A stretch of 58,345 nt of DNA from Candidatus Levyibacteriota bacterium. GTDB taxonomy: Bacteria > Patescibacteriota > Microgenomatia > Levybacterales > UBA12049. The stretch covers positions 1 to 58,345 of the forward strand of contig JACPAR010000014.1 in assembly GCA_016180725.1 (NCBI GenBank), given 5' to 3'. Shown here in pieces: positions 19,097-28,323 of the stretch. Every line of letters begins with the position of its first letter. Within the stretch, counting starts at the first letter, position 1. The notes beneath the pieces were generated by a model. It searched no databases. It had not been told where the DNA came from and saw only the letters and a list, made by a program, of their open reading frames with translations. The position numbers and the translations under genes were made by a program.

Positions 19097-21253
19097 ATGG
19101 ATTTTTTTGTCGTGCTTTTAACGGCAGCTGTTAATATAGTTCTTGGACTTTTTAGTTATATAAAAAATCCAAAAAGTAATACTAATAAACTCTTAGCAAT
19201 TTTAACTTTTATTTTAGCTTTTTGGTCTATAGCTAATTATTATTCTCTTAATTCTCCGACAGAAGAACAAACACTATTCTGGGTTCGAATGGTAATGCTT
19301 ATTACCTCTCCTTTGGGGCCGGTTATATTTCTTTTTCTTTCAGTTTTTCCAAAAAGTGAATTGCAAATAAAAAAAACGACATTAATTATTCTAATAATGG
19401 CAACATTTTCAGTTGCTTCGATTTCGTTTACTCCTTTAATGTTTTCAAAGGTAGATATAACAAATGGCGTACATCCAACTCCCGGGATTGGTCTTATGTT
19501 CTACGGAATATTATTAATTGGGTCACTTATTGCCGGTTTTAAAGTTATTTTTGAAAAATACAAAAAATCTGCAGGTATAATAAAACAACAGCTACAATAT
19601 TTAGTTTTAGGCGTAATAGTTACATTTACTCTTCAAGCATTTACTAATTTTGTTTTAGTAGTTTTTAATGTGTCTTTTCTTGTAGTATTGGGTCCTACTT
19701 TCTCATTAGTATTAGTTGGATTTATTTTCTATGCAATTATTAAACATAGATTTTTAGATATACGTTTAGTTGTTGCTAGGACAGTTGCGTATACATTACT
19801 TGTTTTATCTATTGCTGTTTTTTATGTATTGGTTGTATTTAACTTTAGTGAATTAATTCTTGGAAAAAGCATTGATGCAAACCAAGCTTATGCATATTCT
19901 GTTGTTACGCTTCTTATTGCCTTTACATTTCAGTCAATTAAACACGTTTTGCAGGGCATAACAGATAAGATTTTTTATAAAGATATTTATGATCCTCAAA
20001 AGCTTATAAAAGATTTTTCCGAAATAATGAATTCTACAATAGATTTAGCTGCCCTTACTTTAAATATTTTAGAAAAAGTTAGACAGGATATGAAGGTAAC
20101 AAAAGGCGCATTTGTGCTTCTGTCTAAGAATAATAACCAGGTAATAGAATACATTGAGCAAAAGGGGTACGATCAGGTTCCGGACATCTCAATAGAAGTT
20201 ATTAATACATTTTATACCGATAAAAGCCTTATTATTCTGGATGAATTGGAGGAAGGCTTTCTTAAAGAATTAATGAGAAACTTAAATGCTACAGCAGTTT
20301 TAAAGCTTGAAGTAAATGCAAAAAGAATAGGTATATTGTTTTTGGGAGAAAAAGCATCCGGCGACATCTATTCTCAGCAGGATGTCGAAATTGCTATACA
20401 AAATTCCCAGGAGTACGAAGAAATTAAACAGTTTAACGTAACTTTAAAAGAAAAAGTCGAAAGAGAAACAAGACAACTTACGCAAGCAAACGAAAAACTA
20501 AAAGAGCTGGACAAGCTTAAAGATGAGTTTGTATCCCTGGCTTCTCATGAATTACGAACTCCCATGACGGCAATTAAATCATATCTTTGGATGGCAATAG
20601 CCGGAAAGGGCGGAGAACTTTCGGAAAAGCAAAAATATTATTTAGACAGAGCATATAATTCGACAGACCGCTTAATTAAACTTGTTAACGATATGTTAAA
20701 TGTGTCGCGAATAGAATCAGGTAGAATTAAATTAGAAGTAATTAAAGTATCGATACAACGATTGTTGCGGGATGTAGTCGAAGAACTATTGCCAAGAGCG
20801 CAGGAATTAGGTATTACTCTGCAGTTAGTTTGTCCTCAGGTATTGCCCGATGTAATGGCAGACGGAGATAAAATTAAAGAAGTAATAATAAATTTAATTG
20901 GTAATTCTCTTAAATTCACACCTCAGGGCGGTTCGATTACTCTTTCCTGTCTAGAAAAAAATGAAATGCTCGAAATAAAAGTATGCGATACGGGAGAAGG
21001 TTTAAGCGGAGACGACATGCAAAGACTTTTTCAAAAATTCGGTATTTTAGGAAATGATATTTTAAAGAAAAAAAACAATCAGGGAACGGGTCTTGGCCTT
21101 TATATTTCTAAATCAATTATAGAACTTCATGGAGGAAAAATATGGGCGCAGTCCGAAGGACTTGGAAAGGGCGCAACTTTTACTTTTACTTTGCCGATAT
21201 TTAAAAAAGAAGGCGTAAATATAGTTTCTGCACCGGTTGCGCCAAACAATTAA
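19097..21253 (+). CDS. Sensor histidine kinase with a multi-TM N-terminal sensor (7TM-type), a central GAF-like region, HisKA and HATPase_c
   Basis: 718 aa with about 7-8 TM helices. H-box SHELRTPMTAI, N-box NLIGNSLKFT, G-boxes DTGEGL / GTGLGL. Confidence 0.9.
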   Translation: MDFFVVLLTAAVNIVLGLFSYIKNPKSNTNKLLAILTFILAFWSIANYYSLNSPTEEQTLFWVRMVMLITSPLGPVIFLFLSVFPKSELQIKKTTLIILIMATFSVASISFTPLMFSKVDITNGVHPTPGIGLMFYGILLIGSLIAGFKVIFEKYKKSAGIIKQQLQYLVLGVIVTFTLQAFTNFVLVVFNVSFLVVLGPTFSLVLVGFIFYAIIKHRFLDIRLVVARTVAYTLLVLSIAVFYVLVVFNFSELILGKSIDANQAYAYSVVTLLIAFTFQSIKHVLQGITDKIFYKDIYDPQKLIKDFSEIMNSTIDLAALTLNILEKVRQDMKVTKGAFVLLSKNNNQVIEYIEQKGYDQVPDISIEVINTFYTDKSLIILDELEEGFLKELMRNLNATAVLKLEVNAKRIGILFLGEKASGDIYSQQDVEIAIQNSQEYEEIKQFNVTLKEKVERETRQLTQANEKLKELDKLKDEFVSLASHELRTPMTAIKSYLWMAIAGKGGELSEKQKYYLDRAYNSTDRLIKLVNDMLNVSRIESGRIKLEVIKVSIQRLLRDVVEELLPRAQELGITLQLVCPQVLPDVMADGDKIKEVIINLIGNSLKFTPQGGSITLSCLEKNEMLEIKVCDTGEGLSGDDMQRLFQKFGILGNDILKKKNNQGTGLGLYISKSIIELHGGKIWAQSEGLGKGATFTFTLPIFKKEGVNIVSAPVAPNN

Positions 21254-21319
21254 TAAAAAATTTTGACCTCTTGACATGCAAAAATAAATATGTTTGACTA
21301 AGTATAGAAGAATTTATTT

Positions 21320-21847
21320 ATGAAAAAAATTAGATCATCTGCTGGTTTTACCCTTATAGAACTTTTGGTTGTTATTGGTATTTTAGGAATTTTAGCTTCT
21401 TCCCTTATTGCCACAATTGATCCTTTTGAGCAGTTAAAAAAAGGTCAGGATGCAAATGTTAAAAATACTGCAGCCGAATTTGTTAACGCCAATATTCGTT
21501 TCTATACTACTCATAATGAACTGCCTTGGGTAAATAATTCAACCTGCTCTTCCGAGGCTGGTGGTACAACACCTTCTGCTAAAAATTTAGCCGGGATGAC
21601 AACAGGGTGTTTAGGAGCATTAGTAGGCGATGGAGAGTTAAAGCCTGGTTTTACAACAGTTACTAATACTCTTAAAGAAATTTTGGTATCAGGTAACGCG
21701 AATGACGTAATTGCATGCTTTAAGCCACAATCAAAAGCTCAGCAAAGAGACGCTAATACAATTTATAACAGCAGCGGAACAGCGACAACCGGATGTGCTT
21801 CAACTTCTGGTTCATCAGGCACATATTGCTACTGGTGCGCAAAATAA
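21320..21847 (+). CDS. pilA: Type IV pilin; candidate major pilin
   Basis: 175 aa. Prepilin leader MKKIRSSAG | FTLIELLVVIGILGILA with Glu5. Ser/Thr/Gly-rich, Cys-containing C-terminus. Stand-alone, with an upstream AT-rich region that contains TTGAC motifs. Confidence 0.85.
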   Translation: MKKIRSSAGFTLIELLVVIGILGILASSLIATIDPFEQLKKGQDANVKNTAAEFVNANIRFYTTHNELPWVNNSTCSSEAGGTTPSAKNLAGMTTGCLGALVGDGELKPGFTTVTNTLKEILVSGNANDVIACFKPQSKAQQRDANTIYNSSGTATTGCASTSGSSGTYCYWCAK

Positions 21848-21854
21848 ACATTGA

Positions 21855-23903
21855 ATGTCAGGACTAGGTAAAATAAAAAGGTGGAGTATAATAGCTCCAC
21901 TTATTTTATTTTTAGTAACATTTTTAATATACCTTCATAACTTATCTTCTAGTGTATATGGTGGAGATGTAGGAGACTTTTTAATTGCTGTAGCTGTAAA
22001 AGGTGTTGCTCATCCATCCGGTTATCCACTATTTACAATAATTGGAATTATACTTAGCTATATTCCGCTTAATCAAACCTTAGCCTGGAAAGTTGGGCTT
22101 ATTTCTGCCTTTTTTTCTTCTCTTGCTGTAGTTTTGATGTATTTAATCTCAAAACTTCTTACAAAAAATGTTTTAGTGAGTATAATTACTGCGTTAACAC
22201 TTGCTTTCTATTATACTTTTTGGCTCTATGCAGAAGTTGCGGAAGTGTTTGCTTTAAATAACTTTTTTATTCTGCTTTTATTGTTTTTCTCATTACTTTA
22301 TTTTAAAAAAAAGAAAATAAAATTTTTATATTTTTTGATCTTTTTCGCAGGGTTATCTTTGTCAAATCATGAAGTAATTCTTCTTATTTTTCCGTCGCTC
22401 TTTGTTTTGATGTTAAAAACAGATTGGAAAATTTTATTAGAGCCAAAAACTCTCTTAAAATGCTTGTTGTTATTTTTTCTTGGGTTTCTACCTTATGTTT
22501 ATATTCCATTTGCTGCTTTAAATAATCCTAGCCCCCCATTGGATTGGGTAGGAAAAGTTACGTTCGAAAATATATTGAAAGTAATACTTCGCCAAGACTA
22601 TGGTTGGGCGCCCAGTAAAATCCCCTTTTCTTATATCCATTTATTATCTCTCAAGACTTATTTTAAGGTTTTACTAATAGGTTTGACCCCTGCAGTAGTT
22701 ATAAATTCTGTTTTAGGAATGATTTATTTGCTAAAAAAAAGAAGTATTAATGTATTTTTATTTCTTATTTCAGCATTTATCTTAACAGGGCCAGTTGCAA
22801 TTTTTTATGTTAATACTCCAATTTTTAGCAGCTTTACTTTTGGAGTTTTAGAAAGATTTTATATGATTTCCGCATTAATTTTACTAATTTTTTTTCCTTT
22901 TGGAATTCTTTTTATTGTTGGTGTTATTCAAAAAGTCTTAACACTTTTGTCTTTTGCTGTAAATAAAAAAACTTATTACAAAAATCATTTTTATTTTATA
23001 TTTTTTATTATCCCCATTTCTCTATTTATGAGTAATTATCCTAAAACTGATTTACATAATGTTTGGAATGGTGATTATCTTGCAATGGATGCATTGTTGT
23101 CTTTACCTCAAAAGAGTACGCTTTTTTTAAGTGGAGATACAATACTTTTTGATACAATCTATCTTCAGCATGCTTTGGGAGTACGTAAAGATGTGATTGT
23201 AATTAACATTGGGAGAATAGAAAAAGATAAAAATTACCTTAGAAGAAAAGAGGAAATATCAAGGGAAAAAAATATACCAAAAGATTCATTAGATGCCTAT
23301 ACGCTTGTATCTTTATTAAATAAAAATAATGTTTTTTCAAATGTTTCGATAGGTTATAAAAATAAAAAATTTAAAAATCCAAATTGGATGCCTTATGGTT
23401 TGTTGCTTAAGTCTGTTGTAAATGGTAAAGAAATTAATAAAGCTTTATTCATAAATCAACAAGATAAGATTTTAAATAGTTTTAGATTTGCTGTAAGAGA
23501 AAAAAAGCTTTCTGAAAAAAATAGTACTATTTCTGAGATTCCAACCTTATATTCACAAGCTTATGTAAACACGGGCAATTATTTAGTCTCAGAGTATAGC
23601 GATGAAGAAAAAGCGAGAGAATATTACCAAAAGGCTATCAGTTTTGCACCAGAAGAATCTGGAGGATATATGGGTTTAGGTTATTATTATTTAAGTAAAA
23701 ATGATTGTGAAAATGCCGAAAAAACATTTAATAAAGTAATTTCTTTAAATCCAGGAAATAAAAGCGGATATGTCTTATTATATGCTACTTATGATGATTG
23801 TTTTAAAGACGTACAAAAAACAAAGCTGTTTGCTAAAGATTTTTATTCGTTATTTAAAACTTCAATAATTGAAGAAATGAAAAAAGAGATTACTAAAGAA
23901 TAG
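21855..23903 (+). CDS. GT-C-fold membrane glycosyltransferase (DUF2723/TMEM260-like) with C-terminal TPR repeats
   Basis: 682 aa with more than 10 TM helices. The N-terminal motif GGDVGDFLIAVAVKGVAHPSGYPLF is typical of DUF2723. The C-terminal region has TPR-like repeats (AREYYQKAISFAP...AEKTFNKVISLNP). It starts 8 nt after the pilin stop. Confidence 0.7.
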   Translation: MSGLGKIKRWSIIAPLILFLVTFLIYLHNLSSSVYGGDVGDFLIAVAVKGVAHPSGYPLFTIIGIILSYIPLNQTLAWKVGLISAFFSSLAVVLMYLISKLLTKNVLVSIITALTLAFYYTFWLYAEVAEVFALNNFFILLLLFFSLLYFKKKKIKFLYFLIFFAGLSLSNHEVILLIFPSLFVLMLKTDWKILLEPKTLLKCLLLFFLGFLPYVYIPFAALNNPSPPLDWVGKVTFENILKVILRQDYGWAPSKIPFSYIHLLSLKTYFKVLLIGLTPAVVINSVLGMIYLLKKRSINVFLFLISAFILTGPVAIFYVNTPIFSSFTFGVLERFYMISALILLIFFPFGILFIVGVIQKVLTLLSFAVNKKTYYKNHFYFIFFIIPISLFMSNYPKTDLHNVWNGDYLAMDALLSLPQKSTLFLSGDTILFDTIYLQHALGVRKDVIVINIGRIEKDKNYLRRKEEISREKNIPKDSLDAYTLVSLLNKNNVFSNVSIGYKNKKFKNPNWMPYGLLLKSVVNGKEINKALFINQQDKILNSFRFAVREKKLSEKNSTISEIPTLYSQAYVNTGNYLVSEYSDEEKAREYYQKAISFAPEESGGYMGLGYYYLSKNDCENAEKTFNKVISLNPGNKSGYVLLYATYDDCFKDVQKTKLFAKDFYSLFKTSIIEEMKKEITKE

Positions 23904-23925
23904 GAAATTATAAGAATCAGGTCTT

Positions 23926-24648
23926 ATGAATCTTAATCATTTGTTTGTATTATTAGATCCAGAACGGTTTTATTTATACATAAATGCCCTATTTTATGCG
24001 GCATTTAAAGGAATATTGTTCTATAAACTTGAGTTTAAAGGAATGCTTAGTTTGCCTGAAGGTACTATTCTCCATAAGCATGCATGTTCACTTTCTAACA
24101 ATTCTGTAATAGTAGAAATAGGTTGCTACGGAGGCTTATCCACTGCCTATTTGTTATCTGGTTTAAATAATACTTCAACTGTTTACTCTATTGATCCTTT
24201 TAATAAAGATATCGATTTTCAAACAAAAGCCGTCCTAAAGGGAAGTAATTCTATATATAAACAGCAAGAGCTTATATCTCTAAACGATAAACCTAATAAA
24301 AAAGACGTAGAGATTGCATTAAAACGAAAAGGTTTTTCACGTTTTACTCTATTGCAGGATTACAGCTTTAATGTAATCAAAAATTGGTATAGAAAAATAG
24401 ATCTTTTATGGATTGATGGAAATCATGAATATAATCAGGTAAGAAAAGACTTTCTTCAATGGTCACCGTTTCTAAAAAAAGGAAAAGTAATTGTTTTTCA
24501 TGATGCAAATAAGACAAGTGCTAATAGTAATTGGGATATGGGATGGGATGGCCCTACAAGAGTTGTAAACGAAAATATAGTGCAGCCTAAGTGGATTAAT
24601 ATCAGAAAGATAGATTCAATGGTCTATGCAACAAAAAATTATGGATAA
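23926..24648 (+). CDS. Class I SAM-dependent methyltransferase (Methyltransf_24-like)
   Basis: 240 aa, with VEIGCYGGLSTAYL (motif I) and WIDGNHEYNQVRKD, characteristic of this subfamily. Confidence 0.7.
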   Translation: MNLNHLFVLLDPERFYLYINALFYAAFKGILFYKLEFKGMLSLPEGTILHKHACSLSNNSVIVEIGCYGGLSTAYLLSGLNNTSTVYSIDPFNKDIDFQTKAVLKGSNSIYKQQELISLNDKPNKKDVEIALKRKGFSRFTLLQDYSFNVIKNWYRKIDLLWIDGNHEYNQVRKDFLQWSPFLKKGKVIVFHDANKTSANSNWDMGWDGPTRVVNENIVQPKWINIRKIDSMVYATKNYG

Positions 24649-25658
24649 TGTTGATTTAGCACAAATATACTTTCTAGAGATTTAACTATATCTTCCCATA
24701 CATATTTTTTTGATGTTTTATAGCCATTTTCTATTAGTTTATTGCGCAGTTTTTTATTGTGAATTAATTTTTCAATTATATTTTCCTCCCATAATTGCGT
24801 AATGTTGTCAAGAATTATTGCATTTTGATAATGTGTAGAATACTCGGATATTCCTCCTGAGCGTGTTGATATCACAGGGCAGCGGCATGTCATTGCTTCT
24901 AATGGCGGAAGAGGAAATCCTTCCGATCTGCTTGTTAAAAGAAGAGCATCTGATTCCTGATAGAGTCTCGCGAGCGTTGAGGGTGTAGGATTTGAAATAA
25001 AATGGTCAAAGATGGCACTATAAGGTTTTTTTTCGCAGCTAACTAACGTAAATAAGTATTCTGGATGAGATTTTTTCAACTCTTGGACTGCTTTATTAAG
25101 GAGATCTGTACCTTTATACCATTGGTACCAGGAAATAACGGATAGAATAAGGGTCTTATTTCCTGTTTTGTTTTTTTTATGTGAGGGAGGTTTAAAAATT
25201 GACGTGTCAATGGCGCAGCCTGGTAATCTAAAAATAACTAGCGAATTATTACTTATATATTCCCTAATTTTTGTTTCTATATATTTACTTATCACTATTT
25301 TCTTAAGCGGAAATCTATGTGTTAGTTTTGCAATTTTTCTTAAAATAATATTTTTATATAGATTTTCTTCCCATCCTTGTACAAAGTAAAATTTTCTTTT
25401 GGCTTTCATAAAATTAGCCAACCATACTGTTGGCCAAAAAGTTGCGACTAAAATATCAGTTTTTGAAATTATGTCCAAAATAGTTAATTTTTTAATCTTA
25501 ACAGCTAGAGGAAACCATTTCGGGTATTTACCAAAAACGGTAATTATCTTTACATCATAGTCTCTTTTTTTTAGGCCGTTTACGTGTTCAAACACAACTT
25601 TATTACCTCCGCTATTTTTTGTGTCCCAGATTAAATAAACTATAGAGGGGCTTTTCAT
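24639..25658 (-). CDS. Glycosyltransferase, GT-B fold (GT4-like)
   Basis: 339 aa, with the C-terminal signature SRSEGFPLPPLEAMTCRCPVISTRSGGISEY. Confidence 0.85.
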   Translation of the reverse strand: MKSPSIVYLIWDTKNSGGNKVVFEHVNGLKKRDYDVKIITVFGKYPKWFPLAVKIKKLTILDIISKTDILVATFWPTVWLANFMKAKRKFYFVQGWEENLYKNIILRKIAKLTHRFPLKKIVISKYIETKIREYISNNSLVIFRLPGCAIDTSIFKPPSHKKNKTGNKTLILSVISWYQWYKGTDLLNKAVQELKKSHPEYLFTLVSCEKKPYSAIFDHFISNPTPSTLARLYQESDALLLTSRSEGFPLPPLEAMTCRCPVISTRSGGISEYSTHYQNAIILDNITQLWEENIIEKLIHNKKLRNKLIENGYKTSKKYVWEDIVKSLESIFVLNQHYP

Positions 25659-25672
25659 AATTAAATTCCGAT

Positions 25673-26428
25673 TTATTTTTCTGCAACCAAAATGAGACCT
25701 CCGCCTAAATTGGTCCAGTTAAATAGTTGGTCAAAGTAAAAGGGTAAAGAAAATAATTGCTTAAACTTATGGTGTGAAAGAATTAGGCCAAATAATGTTG
25801 AAGAGTTTGAATAAGTTTTATTTTGACTTATTTTTTTTTCAATAAGTGTTAAGTAAGCATATTTATGCCAAAAAAAACTTAATGGAAATCCCCAATGGTA
25901 AATTTTTTTTACTGAAAACCCTGCTTTAGAAAATAAATCGATTAATTCTTTTTTTTCATATCTTCTAAAATGAGAAGAGAACTTATCATTTATATCCCAA
26001 AGATACATATGAGCAGGAACACTTATTACGCATATACCTCCTTTTATTAAAGCGTTATAAAAGCTTCGTATAGCTTTTTTATCATCTTTTAAATGTTCTA
26101 ATACTTCACCGGCTATTATTACTTCGAATTTATCTCTTAATTTAGAGAACACATCAACATCTGCTCTACGTACGTGTAGTTTACTTTCTAATTTGTTTTT
26201 CAAAATTTCCATTTTAAAAAAATTAATAGCAGATTCAGAAATATCAACACCGATACCATTAAAACCTAATCTTGCCAGTCGAATTAACAAAGTTCCGCTG
26301 CCGCAACCAAAATCAATAATATTTCCTTTTTCCTTATGTTTCAGTATTTCTGTTAACATTAATGTTTCCCTGAACCAATTGCGTGGACCAGAGAAATTTG
26401 GATCTTCTCCCCATTGCATTTTTTTCAT
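25673..26428 (-). CDS. Class I SAM-dependent methyltransferase
   Basis: 251 aa, with motif I IIDFGCGSGTLL and post-I DVDISE-like; EVLEHL. Confidence 0.8.
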   Translation of the reverse strand: MKKMQWGEDPNFSGPRNWFRETLMLTEILKHKEKGNIIDFGCGSGTLLIRLARLGFNGIGVDISESAINFFKMEILKNKLESKLHVRRADVDVFSKLRDKFEVIIAGEVLEHLKDDKKAIRSFYNALIKGGICVISVPAHMYLWDINDKFSSHFRRYEKKELIDLFSKAGFSVKKIYHWGFPLSFFWHKYAYLTLIEKKISQNKTYSNSSTLFGLILSHHKFKQLFSLPFYFDQLFNWTNLGGGLILVAEK

Positions 26429-27456
26429 ACATGTAATTGAGAAAACTTATGTTTATTTAAAATAAAATAAGAAATGACGATGCTATTTTTATAAATGAGT
26501 TTATTTATTCTTGGATTTTCAATTCTTTTTATTTTAATTCTCTCAAAAATAATTGCAGGATAGAGATATAAAAGAGAGAGCTGACTTAGTATGACTGCCA
26601 GAGCAAAGCTATACCTTCGTTTATATATATAATATAATATGCTTAAGCACTCTAAAAGAATTCTGATTGGAAAGATAAGAATTAATTTATTTAATGGGTA
26701 ATTTTTTATCAATAGAAATAAATTGTTTCTGTGCTCCCAAAACCGTTTTTTAAGCATATGCTTTGAAGCGGTACTTGCGACTTTGTGGTAAATATACGAA
26801 TTGGGCTGGCATACAATTCTAAAACCTGCTTGATTAATTCTATAGCATAAATCAATTTCTTCCATGTAATTAAAAAAACGCTCATCAAAATAACCTACCT
26901 CTTTAAAAATATTATTTCTAATAACCATCGCTGCTCCGCTTGCCCAAAAGATATCACAGGGATAATCATATTGTTTCTTATCTTCTTCTATTGAATCGAA
27001 AATTCTTCCCTTCGTAAAAGTATAGCCGAAAATATCAATAAATCCTCCACAAGCCCCTGCGTAATCAAAATACTTTTTATTTTTTTCCCATAGAATTTTT
27101 GGTTGCACAGCGGCAATTGAATTATCCTTTTCTAATGTATCAATTAATAGCTCTAGCCATTTAGGGGGTACGATAGTATCATTATTTAGTAAGGTAATAT
27201 ATTTTGTTTTTATTGTTGGAATAACAGCATTATTTCCTCCGGAAAAACCAAGATTTTTTGGAAACCTAATAAACTTAATATTTTTAAATTTGAATTCCTT
27301 AGCAAGGATTAGCGCTTCGTTTTTAGTAGAACCATTATCTACAACTAAAATATTGCAATTATTATAAGAGGTTTTGATTAAGCTTTTTAAACATATTCTT
27401 GTATCTCTAATTCCATTGAAATTCAAAATTACAATTGTTACAGCAGGATTCTTCAT
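26425..27456 (-). CDS. Family 2 glycosyltransferase (GT-A) with C-terminal TM helices
   Basis: 343 aa, with VTIVILNFNG, VVDNGSTKNE, LLNNDT and WASGAAMVIR. Confidence 0.85.
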   Translation of the reverse strand: MKNPAVTIVILNFNGIRDTRICLKSLIKTSYNNCNILVVDNGSTKNEALILAKEFKFKNIKFIRFPKNLGFSGGNNAVIPTIKTKYITLLNNDTIVPPKWLELLIDTLEKDNSIAAVQPKILWEKNKKYFDYAGACGGFIDIFGYTFTKGRIFDSIEEDKKQYDYPCDIFWASGAAMVIRNNIFKEVGYFDERFFNYMEEIDLCYRINQAGFRIVCQPNSYIYHKVASTASKHMLKKRFWEHRNNLFLLIKNYPLNKLILIFPIRILLECLSILYYIYKRRYSFALAVILSQLSLLYLYPAIIFERIKIKRIENPRINKLIYKNSIVISYFILNKHKFSQLHV

Positions 27457-27542
27457 TGCTCTAAAATTTTTATTTTATTAATTTTGTTTTCCATATACTA
27501 TAACATAAACACTGCTAAGAATACATATGATATGCTATTTAG

Positions 27543-28323
27543 GTGTATATCTTTTTTCTTTTTATTCTGGGAATTTCGATTGGTTCTTTTTTAAATGTTC
27601 TTATAGATAGAATGCCAAGGAATGAATCAATTGTTTACAAGAGGTCGCATTGCGAATCATGTAAAAAAACACTTTCCTGGTACGATCTTATTCCCTTTCT
27701 CTCATTCATTTTTCTTAAGGGCAGGTGCCGATACTGTAACGTTTCTCTATCTTCTATCTTTGCAGTATCCGGTGGTAGAGCTTTTAACAGGTATTTTATT
27801 TATTGGGGTGATTGGGTGGATTGGTGAGATAAGGGGGATTAGGGAGATAGGGACTCTTGGTTATTACCTTTTTATGGTCTCCTCTCTTATTGCCATTTTT
27901 TTTATTGATCTAAAAAATGGAATTATCCCTGATAAGATTCTATATCCTGCTATTATATTTTCTGTTGCCTACTTACTCATTATTCCTAATTCATTATTCC
28001 TAATTCATGTTTTTTCAGCATTTGGTTCGTTTTTGTTCTTTTTATTAATTTTTCTTGCAACAAAAGGGCGCGGAATGGGATTTGGTGATGTAAAATTTGT
28101 TTTTTTAATTGGCTTGATGCTTGGATCTCCTCAAATTATTATTGCTTTATACATAGCTTTCTTGACAGGCGCAATAACTTCTCTCATACTAGTTTTATGG
28201 AGGAAGAAAAAGTTCAAAGGCGGAACTGTTCCTTTTGGTCCGTTTCTTGTAGTAGGGACATTAATAAGTTTATTTTTTGGAAAAATCATTCTAGAACAGC
28301 TAATGCTGGTTTTACACTTGTAG
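27543..28323 (+). pseudogene. pilD: Prepilin peptidase / N-methyltransferase PilD (A24 family), split by a frameshift caused by a 7-bp tandem duplication
   Basis: Frame 1 (27543-27827) gives GSFLNVLIDRMP...CESC...CRYCNVSLS. Frame 2 (from about 27751) gives LSLQYPVVELLTG...IPDK...GMGFGDVKF...FGPFL. Removing one tctatct unit restores a continuous 257-aa PilD. Confidence 0.85.
27746..27759. repeat. 7-bp perfect tandem duplication (tctatct x2) inside pilD
   Basis: Read directly from the sequence: 27746-27752 equals 27753-27759. Confidence 0.95.

Noticed and set aside
21254-21319. A precise sigma-70 promoter call for the pilin gene. Three TTGAC motifs lie at 21263, 21271 and 21294.
   Set aside because: No -35/-10 pair has both good spacing and a good -10 hexamer. 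TTGACC-16-TAAATA is only marginal, so it is left uncalled.
27622-28323. Treating 27622-28323 and 31043-31744 as independent genes that start at the Met shown in the ORF track.
   Set aside because: Their N-terminal portions are out-of-frame read-through of the upstream gene fragments. The conserved motifs only begin after the duplication junctions, and both are better explained as 3' parts of disrupted genes.
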